Shown one piece after another: positions 1 to 13,490 of a stretch of 64,000 bases of DNA. The DNA comes from Chiloscyllium plagiosum (lineage: Eukaryota), in contig NC_057752.1 in assembly GCF_004010195.1 (NCBI RefSeq), positions 12,094,923-12,158,922 on the forward strand. The letters run 5' to 3'. Below the pieces are notes generated by a model that was given only the letters and a program-made list of their open reading frames with translations, was not told the DNA's origin and searched no databases. The position numbers were made by a program, and so were the translations under genes. Numbering within the stretch: the first letter of the stretch is position 1; every line of letters starts with the position of its first letter.

Positions 1-568
1 TTGGGAGGTCATGTTGCGGCTGTACAGGACATTGGTTCAGCCACTGCTGGAATATTGCGTGCAATTCTGGTGTCCTTCCTATCGGAAAGATGTTGTGAAA
101 CTTGAAAGGGTTCAGAAAAGATTTACAAGGATGCTGCCAGGGTTGGAGGGTTTGAGCTATAGGCTGACCAGGCTGGGGCTGTTTTCCCTGGAGCGTCGGA
201 GGCTGAGGGGTGACCTTACAGAGGTTTACAAAATTATGAGGGGCATGGATAGAAAAAATAGACCAATTCCTTCCCTGGGAGTCCAAAACTAGAGGGCATA
301 GGATTAGGGTGAGCGGGGAAAGATATCAAAGAGACTTAAGGGACAACTTTTTCATGCAGAGGGTGGTATATATATGGAATGAGCTGCCAGAGGCTGGTAC
401 AATTGCAACATTTAAGAGGCATTTGGATGGGTATATGAATGGGAAGGGTTTGGAGGGATATGGGCCGGGTGCTGGCAGGTGGGACTAGATTGGGTTGGGA
501 TATCTGGTCAGCATGGACGGGTTGGACCGAAGGGTCTGTTTCTGTGCTGTACATCTCTATGACTCTAC
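1..568 (+). mobile_element. CR1 LINE 3' end
   Basis: ORF2 C-terminal motifs (LEYCVQFW, LERVQKRFTRM, RRLRGDL) and ctctatgactcta tail. Confidence 0.9.
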
Positions 569-799
569 AGGTTCAAGGCAGAGGAGGGGAAGATCTTGAA
601 GTCAAAAGAAATCAATGAACTCTTCACAGTTGATATTAATGATGGGGGTGGGGGGGTGGGGAATCAGAGCCAGAACCAGAATACAGGTTGTTAATAACGA
701 AAAGGTCCAGGATGATTCCAAAGAGTAAGATAATCAGTAGAGAGGAGAGCTTCACCTCAGTGGCTCGGTTGGAGTTGAACTAAATCCCAGAGATGAAAT

Positions 800-1700
800 A
801 AATAAATAATTGCAACACCTTATGACGTTCTAAAGTGCTTCACTACAAATGAAGTTGCAATGGTAGCAGGCAATTTGCGCAAAAGTAAGTCACAAAAATC
901 GTAAATGAGACAAATTACCAATAAAATTAGCCTTGGATGGTATAGGTAGAGGGAAATAGTTTGACCAGTGCATAGAAGAACTGTTCTTTTAGTAATGGTG
1001 CTAGAAACACTGCTTTTTCGGAGATCAATACTTGGATATTGGAACACAGTAAAATTATAAAATTTGCCCATGATGTCAAATTGGAGAAGTGGCAAATGGC
1101 CCCTGAGTAATGTAACCAAGGATCAGACTAAATTGCATGCTCATGTCCTGAGTAGGCCTGAGACCCATAACCTTGTGACTAAAGGCAAGCGTGCCAACTG
1201 GCTCAGCTAAACTGGCATTTAAGAAAAGAAATGTGAAAAGAGTGTGCACTGATCTTATGTGCCGTTAAATCAACTTTCCCTGACAACTCACTGGCTATTC
1301 TTTGTGTTCAAAGAAGGACAGACTTCCAAAATAGTACTTTTCACGATGACTGATGTGTCAAAGCTCTTTAGAAGAAGAGAATAGAATCCCTACAGGATCC
1401 CCACTTTACACTTGATGAAGTACATCTGCAGTGCAATCACTGTTGTAGTAAGGAAATACAAAAGTCAATTTGCGCACAGCAAACTTTCATACACAACAGA
1501 GTAGTAGCATTCAGATATTCCAATTTTTGTGATGTTGATTCAGGGATAAATACTAGCCAAGGTACTCCCCCATTCTCCTTCAAGGTATTGTCATTATATC
1601 TTTTACAACTACAAGCAGGACCTCAGTTTATATCTTAAAAAGATGGCACCTCAGCAGTACTCACTCAGTACTGCATTGGAGTGTCAGTCTTAAGCCTTGC
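800..1700 (-). mobile_element. Two old, degraded Deu-domain-like SINE remnants (AmnSINE/SacSINE-type)
   Basis: aagatggcacctcagcagtactcactcagtactgcattggagtgtcag and the duplicated caatttgcgca segment resemble the Deu central domain; highly diverged. Confidence 0.45.
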
Positions 1701-2969
1701 TTTGTCTCAGTTGTATTAAAGACAGTTGGGTTGCCTCCCTTTCACGTGTTCACCCACCCACACCCATGGCCACGGCCCAAAAGTGTGAATAACAGCTTTC
1801 AAACACTTCACACGCTTCTTCGTCTTGTGCAAATAAACATGACATTGACAAAACCAATCACATGAAGAATAACTTATTATGACTATTTAAAATAGGTCAA
1901 TCAGGCAAATCAACAGTTCTCTCCAGTCGTCAAACAGCACCCCAAACTGAGATGATAGTTTTGAGAGTCTGGTCTTTCAGCCAAGCATGCATAATGAAGC
2001 CATCCAGCGCTACTGTAAGGGACTGCATACTTTCCCTTTTTGGACTATAAACTGAAATGGGAGTCAGACTGCTACGTAAGTGATATACCAGGACAGCTTT
2101 GCAATTTGCGAAATTCAAGTATTGCACATTTTTAGCTGTGCAAAACAATGTTACTTTTCAAAGCAGTGAGGAGGAATACTTGGACGCAGGATGAGAGCAG
2201 GAATCTTTGGAGTTATAGAAAAACTGCCTGTTGACAGACTTCGGATTGATCCAGTTGCAGCATGAGCTTGTTGTACACTTAATGGTCTGTAAGAGACCTC
2301 CAGAGCTAACCGACTGAAAAAAAAATCTCTTCTTTCAATGCAAGTTAAAAAGGAAAAAAGACCTCAAGAAACTTATAGAATTCTAATACAAGGAAAGATC
2401 TAGGTCCACCGAATCATCTATTGAAGTGAAGAATGACCATCACTTTACAGACATCATTGGTCATCATTGTTGAAATCAAAAGGAACAGAGAGATAATCTA
2501 ACCCATCTTTGTGATCTTCAGAATTTTGTTTTTCCTGTCTATTTTCCTGTCAAACTATGTATCATTTATCTGTCTTACTCATGAAGTAGTGTGTGTATTT
2601 GGTGTTGTAAAGGGGTATTACTCAAAATCACATTATAGATTTGTAATCCTTTCTTTTCTCTCTCACTTATTAAATGAGTTATTTTCTGTTAATGATGAAA
2701 CCCGGTGTGATTTTCCAGAATAGCAATCAATCTGGGAAATTGGTCATCTTGGTGGTTTAAATGGGTATTTACACATTTGTGACAGACTGTAGAACAGTAG
2801 GGCTTATCACCACACTCTTCCCAGGTAAGTTGTGACACTGAAAGAGGTCCTACATCTGTGCTCATTGCAAAATTACATGCTTGCAAAAGAAGACGTTTTG
2901 CAAGCATGGGCTGGTTAAACAAAAAAATTCATCCTGCTACAATGCAATGATAACTGGCATTTTCTACTA

Positions 2970-3292
2970 AGATTAGATTACATTACAGATTACATTACAG
3001 TGTGGAAACAGGCCCTTCAGCCCAACAAGTCCACACCAACCCGCCGAAGTGCAACCCACCCATACCCCTACATTTACCCCTTACCTAACACTATGGGCAA
3101 TTTAGCATGGCCAATTCACCTGACCTGCACATCTTTGGACTGTGGGAGGAAACCGGAGCACCCGGAGGAAACCCACGCAGACACGGGGAGAACGTGCAAA
3201 CTCCACACAGTCAGTCGCCTGAGGCGGGAATTGAACCTGGGTCTCTGGCGCTGTGAGGCAGCAGTGCTAACCACTGTGCCACCGTGCCGCCC
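2970..3292 (-). mobile_element. tRNA-derived V-SINE (HE1-like), full length, young
   Basis: Head gggcggcacggtggcacagtggttagcactg with A/B boxes, V-domain ggagtttgcacgttctccccgtgtctgcgtgggtttcctcc, CR1-type 3' end and short repeat tail. Confidence 0.9.
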
Positions 3293-3720
3293 ACAAAGAT
3301 GTTGTTGTTAGTTCAAAAAGGCACTCATATATCAAGTTCAGTGTCAGTATGATACTAAGTATGTAGGCTGTCCATCCCAATGACTGGCTAATTGAACGAA
3401 ATACCTTGTTCCTTTGATTGTTCGCACTAAGCAGAGAACAGTCCATATTCAACCAGACCATCCTTGAAAATGCAAATTCAAAAATCTGTTAGCTGTAATA
3501 CCATGATTGGGAAGGACTTGCCGAATAATCATGAGTGTGCTAACTGCTACATTAATAACCAGTTCAAGGTAATCAGTTGAGCTTGCAACATGGTTAATTT
3601 ACACTTGTTAGAGTGATATCCATTCATACGCATGGACCTGTCCTCCGCAAACAAAAGGAATTGTTCAAGCCTTGTGCCTTTTTAAATTACCCAAGGTTAT
3701 ACAGAGGCTTAGCGAGTTTT

Positions 3721-4236
3721 AAGAAGATTTATAGCTCGGGTTGAGGTTTTGAATGTAGCTGTGCTCGCTGAGCTGGAAGGTTCATTTCCAGACGTTTCGT
3801 TATCCTACTAGGTAACATCTTCAGTGGGCCTCAGGCGAAGCAATGCTGAAAATTCCTGCTTTCTATTTATATGCTTGGGTTTCTTTGGGTTGGTGAAGTC
3901 ATTTCCTGTGGCGATGTTATTTCCTGTGGTGAAGTCACTTCCTGTTCCTTTTCTCAGGGGGTGGTAGATGGGGTCTAACTCGATGTGTTTGTTGATAGAG
4001 TTCTGGTTGGAGTGCCATGCTTCTAGGAATTCTCGTGCATGTCTTTGTTTGGCTTGTCCACGGATGGATGTATTGTCCCAGTCGAAGTGGTGTCCTTCCT
4101 CATCCGTATGTGAGGATACTAGTGAGAGAGGGTCATGTCTTTTTGTGGCGAGTTGGTGTTCATGTATCCTGGTGGCTAATTTTCTGCCTGTTTGTCCAAT
4201 GTAGTGTTTGTTACAGTCCTTGCACGGTAATTTGTA
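3721..4236 (-). mobile_element. Penelope-like element 3' fragment (GIY-YIG end plus terminal repeat)
   Basis: Homologous to the GIY-YIG-encoding copy at 36441-37672 (YIGQTGR, AREFLEAWHS); carries a hammerhead motif. Confidence 0.85.
3788..3827 (-). ncRNA. Minimal type I hammerhead ribozyme motif (PLE-associated)
   Basis: Minus strand CCA-CUGAAGA-U-GUUACCUAGUAGGAUAAC-GAAACGUC-UGG: stem I CCA/UGG, conserved core, stem II, and palindromic ACGU in place of stem III. Confidence 0.7.
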
Positions 4237-4842
4237 ATTTATGTCACTTAATAAATGTCATTTACTGGTGGGTTTAACTGCAGATAAGCTTGAGCCAGGG
4301 TGTGTATACACAGGTAGATTCAGCCAGCATCAGGTAGCTGATTGGTCTGTGAAGTGGTGACCAGGTTTTGATGCCTTCTGCCTGCCAACAACTATGCTAT
4401 TGGCTCCCAGGGGCTGTGAACATTCTGGTCTGGCATGGTTGGGCCGTCAGAAAAGAAGGAGCTATGCTTCTCTTTGAAGTGAAGAGACCTCAAGTCTAAA
4501 GAAAGCCAGTTTATTTCTCCTTAGCAGTTGCTGTAAACTGTGACTATTAATAGTCATAAATGTGAACCAGTCACTCTGTGCCTCCAGCTAACAAGGAAAA
4601 TTAGCTGAAGAAGTTATGCTGACAAGCAACAAGTCCTGGTAAGCCTAATGGATCTACAAAATAACCCCTGTGGGCACGGTCCACTGTACTGCCTTTCCAA
4701 TGTTTTCCTCAATCTGTAACAATTGTTTATTTTTGAAAGTCTGCTGATACGTGTACATTGGGAGAGTTTTATAAGTGGATTAGAATTTTAACTGGTAGAG
4801 TTATATATCAACAGTTCATAACTGTTTATCCGTATTTAGTGT

Positions 4843-5409
4843 CATAGTCACAGAGGTGTACAGCACGGAAACAGACCCTTCGGCCCAACTCATCCATGCC
4901 AACCAGATATCCTAAATTAATTTGCCAGCATTTGGCCCATATCCCTCTAAACCCTTCCTATTCATATATACATCCAGAGGTCTTTTAAATGTTGTAATTG
5001 TACCAGCCTCCACCATTTCCTCTGGCAGTTCATTCCACACACACACTACCTTCTGCATGAGAATGTTGCTCCTTAGGTCCCTTTTAAATGTTTCCCCTCT
5101 CACCTTAAACCTCTGCCCTCTAGTTTTGCACTCCCCAACCCAGGGAAAAGACCTGGTTTATTCATCCTGTCCATGCCCTTCATGATTTGATCAGTAAGGT
5201 CACCCCTCAGCCTTTGACGCTCCAGGGAAAATATCCCCAGCCTATTCAGCCTCTCCCTGTAGCTCAAACCCTCCAATCCTGGCAACATCCTTGTAAATCT
5301 TATCTGAACCCTTTCAAGTTTAACAATATCCTTCCTACAGCAGGGAGACAAGAATTGCACACAATACTCCAAAAGTGGCCTAGCCGCAAGATGACCTCCC
5401 AACTTCTAT
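4843..5409 (-). mobile_element. CR1 LINE 3' end
   Basis: ORF 5100-5402 (LEYCVQF...LERVQIRFTRM...RLRGDL) plus 3' UTR. Confidence 0.9.
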
Positions 5410-5714
5410 AGGAGAAAGTGAGGACTGCAGATGCTGGAGATCAGAGCTGAAAATGTGTTGCTGGAAAAGCGCAGCAGGTCAGGCAGCATCCAAGGAGCAG
5501 GAGAATCGACGTTTGGGGCATAAGCCCTTCTTCAGGAATGAGGAAAGTGTGCCAAGCAGGCTAAGATAAAAGGTAGGGAGGAGGGACTTGGGGGAGGGGC
5601 GTTGGAAATGCGATAGGTGGAAGGAGGTTAAGGTGAGGGTGATAGGCCGGAGAGGGGGTGGGCGCGGAGAGGTCAGGAAGAAGATTGCAGGTTAGGAAGG
5701 TGGTGCTGAGTTCG
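5410..5714 (-). mobile_element. Penelope-like terminal fragment, running into an assembly gap
   Basis: ggagaaagtgaggactgcagatgctggagatc... repeat family, also at 21845, 22929 and 59954; carries a mutated hammerhead core. Confidence 0.7.
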
Positions 5715-6281
5715 NNNNNNNNNNNNNNNNNNNNNNNNNNNNNNNNNNNNNNNNNNNNNNNNNNNNNNNNNNNNNNNNNNNNNNNNNNNNNNNNNNNNNN
5801 NNNNNNNNNNNNNNNNNNNNNNNNNNNNNNNNNNNNNNNNNNNNNNNNNNNNNNNNNNNNNNNNNNNNNNNNNNNNNNNNNNNNNNNNNNNNNNNNNNNN
5901 NNNNNNNNNNNNNNNNNNNNNNNNNNNNNNNNNNNNNNNNNNNNNNNNNNNNNNNNNNNNNNNNNNNNNNNNNNNNNNNNNNNNNNNNNNNNNNNNNNNN
6001 NNNNNNNNNNNNNNNNNNNNNNNNNNNNNNNNNNNNNNNNNNNNNNNNNNNNNNNNNNNNNNNNNNNNNNNNNNNNNNNNNNNNNNNNNNNNNNNNNNNN
6101 NNNNNNNNNNNNNNNNNNNNNNNNNNNNNNNNNNNNNNNNNNNNNNNNNNNNNNNNNNNNNNNNNNNNNNNNNNNNNNNNNNNNNNNNNNNNNNNNNNNN
6201 NNNNNNNNNNNNNNNNNNNNNNNNNNNNNNNNNNNNNNNNNNNNNNNNNNNNNNNNNNNNNNNNNNNNNNNNNNNNNNNNN
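5715..6281. other. Assembly gap (N run)
   Basis: Run of n. Confidence 1.
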
Positions 6282-7330
6282 GCCAGTACTGTATCCAAAT
6301 GGCTAGTTCTTGCTGTATAACATGTGACTGAACCTTGCTAACCCGTCTACTGTGAGGAACCTTGTCGGCCACCTTACTGAAGTCCATGTAGATTGCATCT
6401 ACCGCTCTGCCCTCATCAATCCTCTTTGTTACTTCTTCAAAAACTCAATCAAGTTCATGAGACATGATTTCCCATGCACAAAGCCACGCTGACTATCCCA
6501 ATCAGTCCTTTCCAAATACATGTACATCCTGTCTCAGAGCTGGGCTGAGAGGTGGCAAATGGAGTTTAATGCGGACAAATGTGAGGTGATTCACTTTGGA
6601 CAGAGTAACCGGAATGCAAAGTACTGGGCTAATGGTAAGATTCTTGGTAGTGTAGATGAGCAGAGAGATCTCAATGTCCAGGTACACAGATCCTTGAAAG
6701 TTGCCACCCAGGTTGACAGGGTTGTTTAGAAGGCATACAGTGTTTTAGCTTTTATTAATAAAGGGATCGAGTTCGGGAACCATGAGGTTATGCTACAGCT
6801 GTACAAAACTCTGGTGCGGCCGCACTTGGAGTACAGTGTACAGTTCTGGTCACCGCATTATAAGAAGGATGTGGAAGCTTTGGAAAGGGTGCAGAGGAGA
6901 TTTACTAGCATGTTGCCTGGTATGGAGAGAAGGTCTTACGAGGAAAGGCTGAGGGATGTGAAGCTGTTTTTGTCAGAGAGAAGAAGGTTGAGAGGTGACT
7001 TAATAGAGACATATAAGATAATCAGAGGGTTAGATTGGGTGGACAGGGAGAGCCTTTTTCCAAGTATGGTGACGGTGAGCACGAGGGAACATAGCTTTAA
7101 ATTGAGGGGTGATAGATATAGGACAGAAGTCAGAGGTAGTTTCTTTACTCAGAGAGTAGTAAGGGTAGTAGATTTGCCAAGTTTAAGTACATTTAAGTTG
7201 TCATTGGACAAGCATATGGACGTACATGGAATAGTGTAGGTTTAAATGGGCTTCAGATTGGTATGACAGGTCGGCGCAACATCGAGGGCCGAAGGGCCTG
7301 TACTGCACTGTAATGTTCTATGTTCTATGT
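6282..7330. mobile_element. CR1 fragments: minus-strand RT piece (6282-6535) joined to a plus-strand 3' end (6536-7330)
   Basis: MDFSKVADKVPH on minus; WQMEFNADKCEV...LEYSVQFWSPHY...RRLRGDL on plus, ending gttctatgttctatg. Confidence 0.85.
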
Positions 7331-9947
7331 ACTATTTAATCATGGCTGATGTCATTTCAACTCCACTTACCCACACTCTCCCCGTAGCCCTTAAATTCTT
7401 GATCTTGCAAGGAATTATCAATCTCTGCCTTGCCGACATTTAACGTCCCGGCCTCCACTGCACTCCGTGGCAATGAATTCCACAGGTCTACCACACTCTG
7501 GCTGAAGAAATGTCTCCTCATTTCCATTCTAAATTGGCCCCCTCTAATTCTAAGGCTGTACCCATGGGTCCAAGTCTCCCCACCGAATGGAAACAACTTC
7601 CCAGCGTCTACCCTTTCTAAGCCATGCATTATCTTGTAAGCTTCTATTAGATCTCCCCTCAATCTTCTAAATGCTAATATATACAATCCCAGGATCCTCA
7701 GCCGTTCATCATATGTCAGGCCTACCATCCGCGGGATCATCCATGTGAATCTCCGCTGGACACGCTCCAGTGCCAGTGTGTACTTCCTGAGGTGTGGGGC
7801 CCAAAATTGGACACAGTATTCTAAATGGCGCCTAACCAGAGCTTTATAAAGTCTCAGTAGCACATTGTTGCTTTTATATTCCAACCCTCTTGAAATAAAT
7901 GACAACATTACATTCACTTCCTTAATCACAGACTTAATCTGCAAGTCAACTTTTCGAGAATCCTGGACTAGCACTCCCAGATCCCTTTGTACTTCAGCTT
8001 TGTGAATTCTCTCACCTTTTAGAAAATAGTCCATGCCTGCATTCTTTTTTTCCAAAGTGCAAGACCTCACATTTGCTCACATTAAATTTCATCAGCCATT
8101 CCTTGGACCATTCTCCTAAACTGTCGAGATCCTTCTGCAGCCTCCCCACCTCCTCAGTACTCCCTGCCTGTCCACCTAACTTTGTATCATCGGTGAACTT
8201 CGCCAGAATGCCCCCAAGTCCCTTCATCCAGATCATTAATATATAACGTGAACAGCTGCGGCCCCAACACTGAACCCTGCGGGGCACCGCTTGTCACCGG
8301 CTGCCATTCCAAAAAATAACCTTTTATCCCAACTCTCTGCCTTCTGTCAGGCAGCCAATCCACAATCCATGCCGGTAGCTCACCTTGAACACCATGGGCC
8401 CTCACCTTGCTCAGCAGCCTCCCATGAGGCACCTTATCAAAGGCCTTTTGGAAGTCTAGATAGACCACATCCACTGGGTTTCCCTGGTCTAACCTACTTG
8501 TCACCTCTTCAAAGAATTCCAACAGGTTTGTCAGGCATGACCTCCCCTTACTAAATCCATGCTGACTTGTTCTAATCTGACTCTGCTCTTCCAAGAATTT
8601 AGAAATATCATCCTTAACGATAGATTCTAGAATTTTACCTACAACTGAGGTTAGGCTAATCGGCCTATAATTTTCCATCTTTTGTCTTGATCTTTACTTG
8701 AACAAGAGGGTTACAACAGTGATTTTCTAATCATCTGGGACTTCCCCTGACTCCAGTGACTTTTGAAAGATCACAACCAACGCCTTCGCTATTTCCTCAG
8801 CCACTTCTCTCAGAACCAGTAGATTTATCAATTTTTAGACCTTTTAGCTTTTCTAGCACTTTCTCTTTAGTAATGGCTACCATACTCAACTCTGCCCCCT
8901 GACTCTCCTTAATTGTTGGGATATTACTCCTGTCTTCCACTGTGAAGACTGACACAAAGTACTTATTACGTTCTTCAGCTATTTCCTTATCTCCCATCAC
9001 TATCCTTCCAACATCGACTTGGAGTGGCCCAATGTCTACTTTTGCCTCTTGTTTGTTTCTTATGTATTGAAAGAAACTTTTACTATCATTTCCAATATTA
9101 CTGGCAAGCCTACTTGATCCTCTCCTTCCTTATTTCTCTTTTGTTATCCTCTGTTTTTGTAGTCTTCCCAATCTTCTGATTTCCCAGTGCTCTTGGCCAC
9201 TTTACAGGCTCTCTCTTTCTCTTTGGCACATTTCCTGACTTCCTTTGTGATCCATGGTTGTCTAATTCCTCCCCCCTCCACCCCCAGATAATCTTTCTTT
9301 TCTTTGGGATGAACCTCTGTACTGTGTCCTCAATTACAGCCAGAAACTCCTGCCATTGTTGCTCTACTGTCTTCCCCACTAGGCTCTGCTTCCAGTCGAT
9401 TTTCATTAGTTCCTCTCTCATGCCCCTGTAATTACCTTTATTTAACTGTAACACCATTACATCCGATTTTGCCTTCTCTCTTTCAAACTGCAGACTGAAC
9501 TCTACCTATGATCGCTGCCTCCTAAGTGTTCCCTTACTTTAGGATCTTTTATAAAGTTTAGCTCTTTACATAAAACTAAGTCCAGAATAGTCTGCTCCCT
9601 TGTGGGCTCCATCAAAAGCTGTTCCAAAAAGCTATCCTGTAAGCATTCCATGAATTCCCTTTCTTTGGATCCATCAGAACATTATTTACCCAGTCCACCT
9701 GCATATTGAAGTCTTCCATGATCACCGTGACCTTACCTTTCTGACATGCCCCATCTATTTCCTGGTATATCTTGCGCCCCTGGTCCTGACCACTGTTAGG
9801 TGGTCTGTACAAAACTCCCATTATGGTTTTTTTTTTGCTATTGTGGTTCCTCAACTCCACCCACACAGACTCCACATATCTGACCCTATGTCATTCAGTG
9901 CCATAGATTTAATTTCATTCTTAACGAACAAGCCAACCCTGCCCCTT
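7331..9947 (-). mobile_element. Decayed CR1 ORF2 (APE remnant through RT to 3' end)
   Basis: Fragments ESVWVEL...YRPP...DFN (APE), [48 protein letters not shown]; frameshifted. Confidence 0.92.
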
Positions 9948-12900
9948 TAAGACATTTGACAAGGTTCCCCATGGTTAGCAAGATTAGATCACATGGAATA
10001 CAGGGAGAACTAGCCATTTGGATACAGAACTGGCTTGAAGGTAGAAGGTGGTAGTGAAGCGCTGCTTTTCAGACTGTGACCAGTGGAGTGCCACAAGGAT
10101 TGGTGTTGGGTCCACTACTTTTCATCATTTATATAAATGATTTGGATGTGAGAATAAGAGGTACAGTTAGTAAATTTGCAGATGACACCAAAATTGGAGG
10201 TATAGTGGACAGCGAAGAGGGTTACCTCAGATTACAACGGGATCTTGACCGGATGGGCCAAGGGACCGAGGAGTGCCAGATCGACTAATCTAGATAAATG
10301 TGAGGTACTATATTTTGCAAAGGCAACTCAGGGCAGGACTTATACACTTAATGGTAAGGTCCTCGGGAATGTGGCTGAACAAAAAGACCTTGGGAGTGGA
10401 GTCTTAGGTAGATAGGACAGTGAAGAAGGCATTCAGTATGCTTTCCTTTATTGGACAGAGCATTGAGTACAGGGGTTGGAAGGTCATGCTGTGGCTGTAC
10501 GGGACATTGATTAGGCCACTTTTGGAATATTGTGTGCAGTTTTGGAATCCCTCCTATAGGAAGGATGTTATGAAACTTGAAAGAGTTCAGGAAAGATTTA
10601 CAAGGATGTTGCCAGGATTGAAGGGCTTGAGCTGTTTCCCTGGAGGGTTGGAGGCTGAGGGGTGACCTTTTAGAAGTTTATCAAATCATGAGGGGCCTGG
10701 ATAGGGTAAATAGCCAAGGTCTTTTCCCCGGGGTGGGGGAGTACAGAACTAGAGGGCATAGGTTTAGGGTGAGAGGGAACAGATTTAAAAAGGGACCTAA
10801 GGGACAACTATATCACACAGAGGGTGGTGTGAGTATGGAATGAGCTGCCAGAGGAAGTGGTGGAGGCTGGTACAATTACAACATTGAGAAGGCATCTGGA
10901 TAAGTATATGAATAGGAAGGGTTTGGAGGGATATGAACCAAGTGGTGGTAATTGGGACTAGATTAATTTAGGATATCCGGTTGGCATGGACGAGTTGGAC
11001 CGAAGGATCTGTTTCCGTGCTGTACGACTCTATGACTCTAAGTCTTAGAATCAAGATAGACATAGATAAGGTGAATATGATTGCATTAGGTAGGGGAGTT
11101 CAAAGCTGGAGGGCATATTTTTAAGGTGAGAAGAGAATGATTTAAAAGGGATTTGAGGGGCAGCTTTTTCCACACAGAGGTGGTTCATATATGGAATGAA
11201 TTGCCAGTTTTCATGGTGTTAGACAGGAACTTTCAAAAATTGATTGGAGGAGGCTATTTGCAGGTAAATGGATGGTTGGAAAGTGGGAGGCCTTTAAGAA
11301 CGAGATAACGAGAGTTCAGAGACAATATGATCCTGTTAGTGTGAAGGGCAGGGTTGGTCAGTGTAGGGAATGCTGGATGACTCGAGAAATTTAGGCTCTG
11401 GTCAAGAAAAAGGAGGCATGTATTAGGTTGAGTCGGAATATACTTAAGAGGGGAAATCAGGAGGCAAAAAATGGACATGAGATAGCTTTGGCAAACAGAG
11501 TTAAAGAGTATCCAAAGAGACTCAATAAATACATTAAGTGCAAGAGAGTAACTCGGGAGAGAATTGGGCCCTCTAAGGATCAACATGGTCATGTGTGGAA
11601 CCACAAAAGATGCACGAGATACAAAAGAAAATATTTTGCGTCTGTATTTACTGTGGAGAAGGACATGAAAGCTAGGGAACTTGGTGAAATAAATAATGTC
11701 ATCAAAAGTGTTCCTATTACTGAAGAGAAGATGCTGGCAGTCTTCAAATACATAAAGGAAGATAAATCCCTGTGACCTGATCAGGTGTTTCCTGGAACTT
11801 TGTGGGAAGCTAGGGGAGAGATTGCTGGACCCCTTGCTGAGGTATTTGTATCATCGATAGGTGAGGTGCTGGAAGTCTGGAGGTTGGCTAATGTAGTGCC
11901 ATTTTTTAAGAAAGGTTGTAAGGAAAAACCAAGGAACTATCGACCAGTGAGCCTTACGTCAGTAGTGGGTGAGTTGTTGGAGGGGATTCTGAGGGACAGG
12001 ATTTACATGTATTTGGAAAGGCAAGGACTGATTAGAGATAGTCAGCTTGGCTCTCTGGGTGGGAAATCATTACTCAATAACTTGAGTTTTCTGAAAAGGT
12101 GACCAAGAAGATTGATGAAGGCAGAGCTGTAGATGTTGTCTAGATGGACTTCAGCAAAGTGGTCAATAAGGTTCTGCATGGTTGACTGTTTAGTAAGCTT
12201 TGATAACACGGGATCGAGGGGAGCTAGCCAATTGGACACAAAATTGACACGAAGGTAGAAGACAGGATGGTGGTGGAGGGTTGTTTTTCAGACTGGAGGC
12301 CTGTCACCAGTCGTGTGCACAAGGATCAGTGCTGGGTCCACTGCTTTTCGTCATTTATATAAATGATTTGAATGTGAACATAAGAGGTATAGTTAATAAG
12401 TTTTCAGGTGACACCGAAATAAGTGGTGTAGTGGACGGTGAAGAAGATTATCTCAGAGTACAACAGAACCTTGATCAGATGGGCCAATGGGCCCAAGTAG
12501 TGGCAGATGGAGTTTGATTTAGATAAATGTGAGGGGCTGCATTTTGGAAAGGCAAATTATGACAGGACTTATACACTTAATGGTAAGGTCCTGGGGAATG
12601 TTGCTGAACAAACAGACCTTGGAGTGCAGGTTCATAGTTCCCTGAAAGTGGAGTCGCAGGTAGACAGGATAGTGAAGGCGGCGTTTGGCACGCTTGTTTC
12701 ATTGGTAATAACATTGAGTATATTGTTGTAGAGGATATCAGTGAGGCCACGTTTGGAATACTGTGTACAATTCTGGTCAAACTTCCATCGGAAGGATGTT
12801 GTTAAACTTGAAAAGGTGCAGAAGAGATTTACAAGAATGTTGCTGGGATTCGAGGGTTTGTTGCTGGGACTGGAGGGACGGACTAAATAGGCTGGGAATT

Positions 12901-13490
12901 TTTTCTCTGGAGCATGGGAGACTGAAGGATGACCTTATAGAGGTTTATAAAATGATGAGGGGCATGGATAGGGTAAATTGACAAGGTCTTTTTCCTAGGG
13001 TGGGGGAGTTCAAAAATAGAGAGCATAGGTTTAGGGTGAGAGGAGAAAGACTGAAAAAAGATTGAGGGGTAACTTTTTCACGCAGAAGGTGATGCATGTA
13101 TGCAACGAGCTGCCAGAGGAAGTGATGGATGCGGGTACAATTACAACATTAAAAGGCAACTGACAGGTATATGAACAGGAAAGGTTTAGAATGATATGGA
13201 TCAAATGCTGGAAAATGTGACCAAGTCACAGCGGGAGGTTTGGTTGGCACAGATGAGTTTAACCGACGGCTCTGTTTCCGTGCTGTATGACTTGCTGACT
13301 ATGACTCTAGCCAGAGGAAGTGGTCGATGCAGGTACAACATTTAAAAGACATTTGGACAGATACGTGAATAGCAAAGGCTGAGAGAGATATGGGCCAAAT
13401 GTAGGCAAGTAGGGCTAGTTTAGTTTGGGAAACTTGGTTGGCATGGACCATTTGGACCAAAGGGGCTGTTTTCCCCGCTGTATGACTCGA
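9948..13490 (+). mobile_element. Tandem cluster of 5'-truncated CR1 copies
   Basis: RT motifs PQGLVLGP, FADDTK, NYRPVSLTSVVG, QGSVLGP; several gactctatgactcta-type tails (about 11040, 13309, 13490). Confidence 0.9.

Noticed and set aside
2719..2824. Plus-strand exon-like segment (ttttccag ... cccag|gtaagt)
   Set aside because: Stops in all three frames and no supporting neighbouring exons; could only be a non-coding exon, which cannot be supported here.
3000..3311. Recurrent ORF MWKQAL...CGRKPEHPEETHADTGR...
   Set aside because: Antisense translation of the V-SINE; it recurs at every copy and is not a gene.
4240..4840. Possible LTR remnants (also 24740-25220 and 38530-39430)
   Set aside because: No clear termini, TSD or second copy in the window.
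5490..5540. Hammerhead-like cores at about 5510, 23030, 40650, 42640 and 46770
   Set aside because: The conserved GAAA, CUGANGA or cleavage-site region is mutated, so they are not called as ribozymes.
5561..6387. Long ORFs across 5561-6387, also 48943-49620
   Set aside because: Artefacts of translating N gaps.
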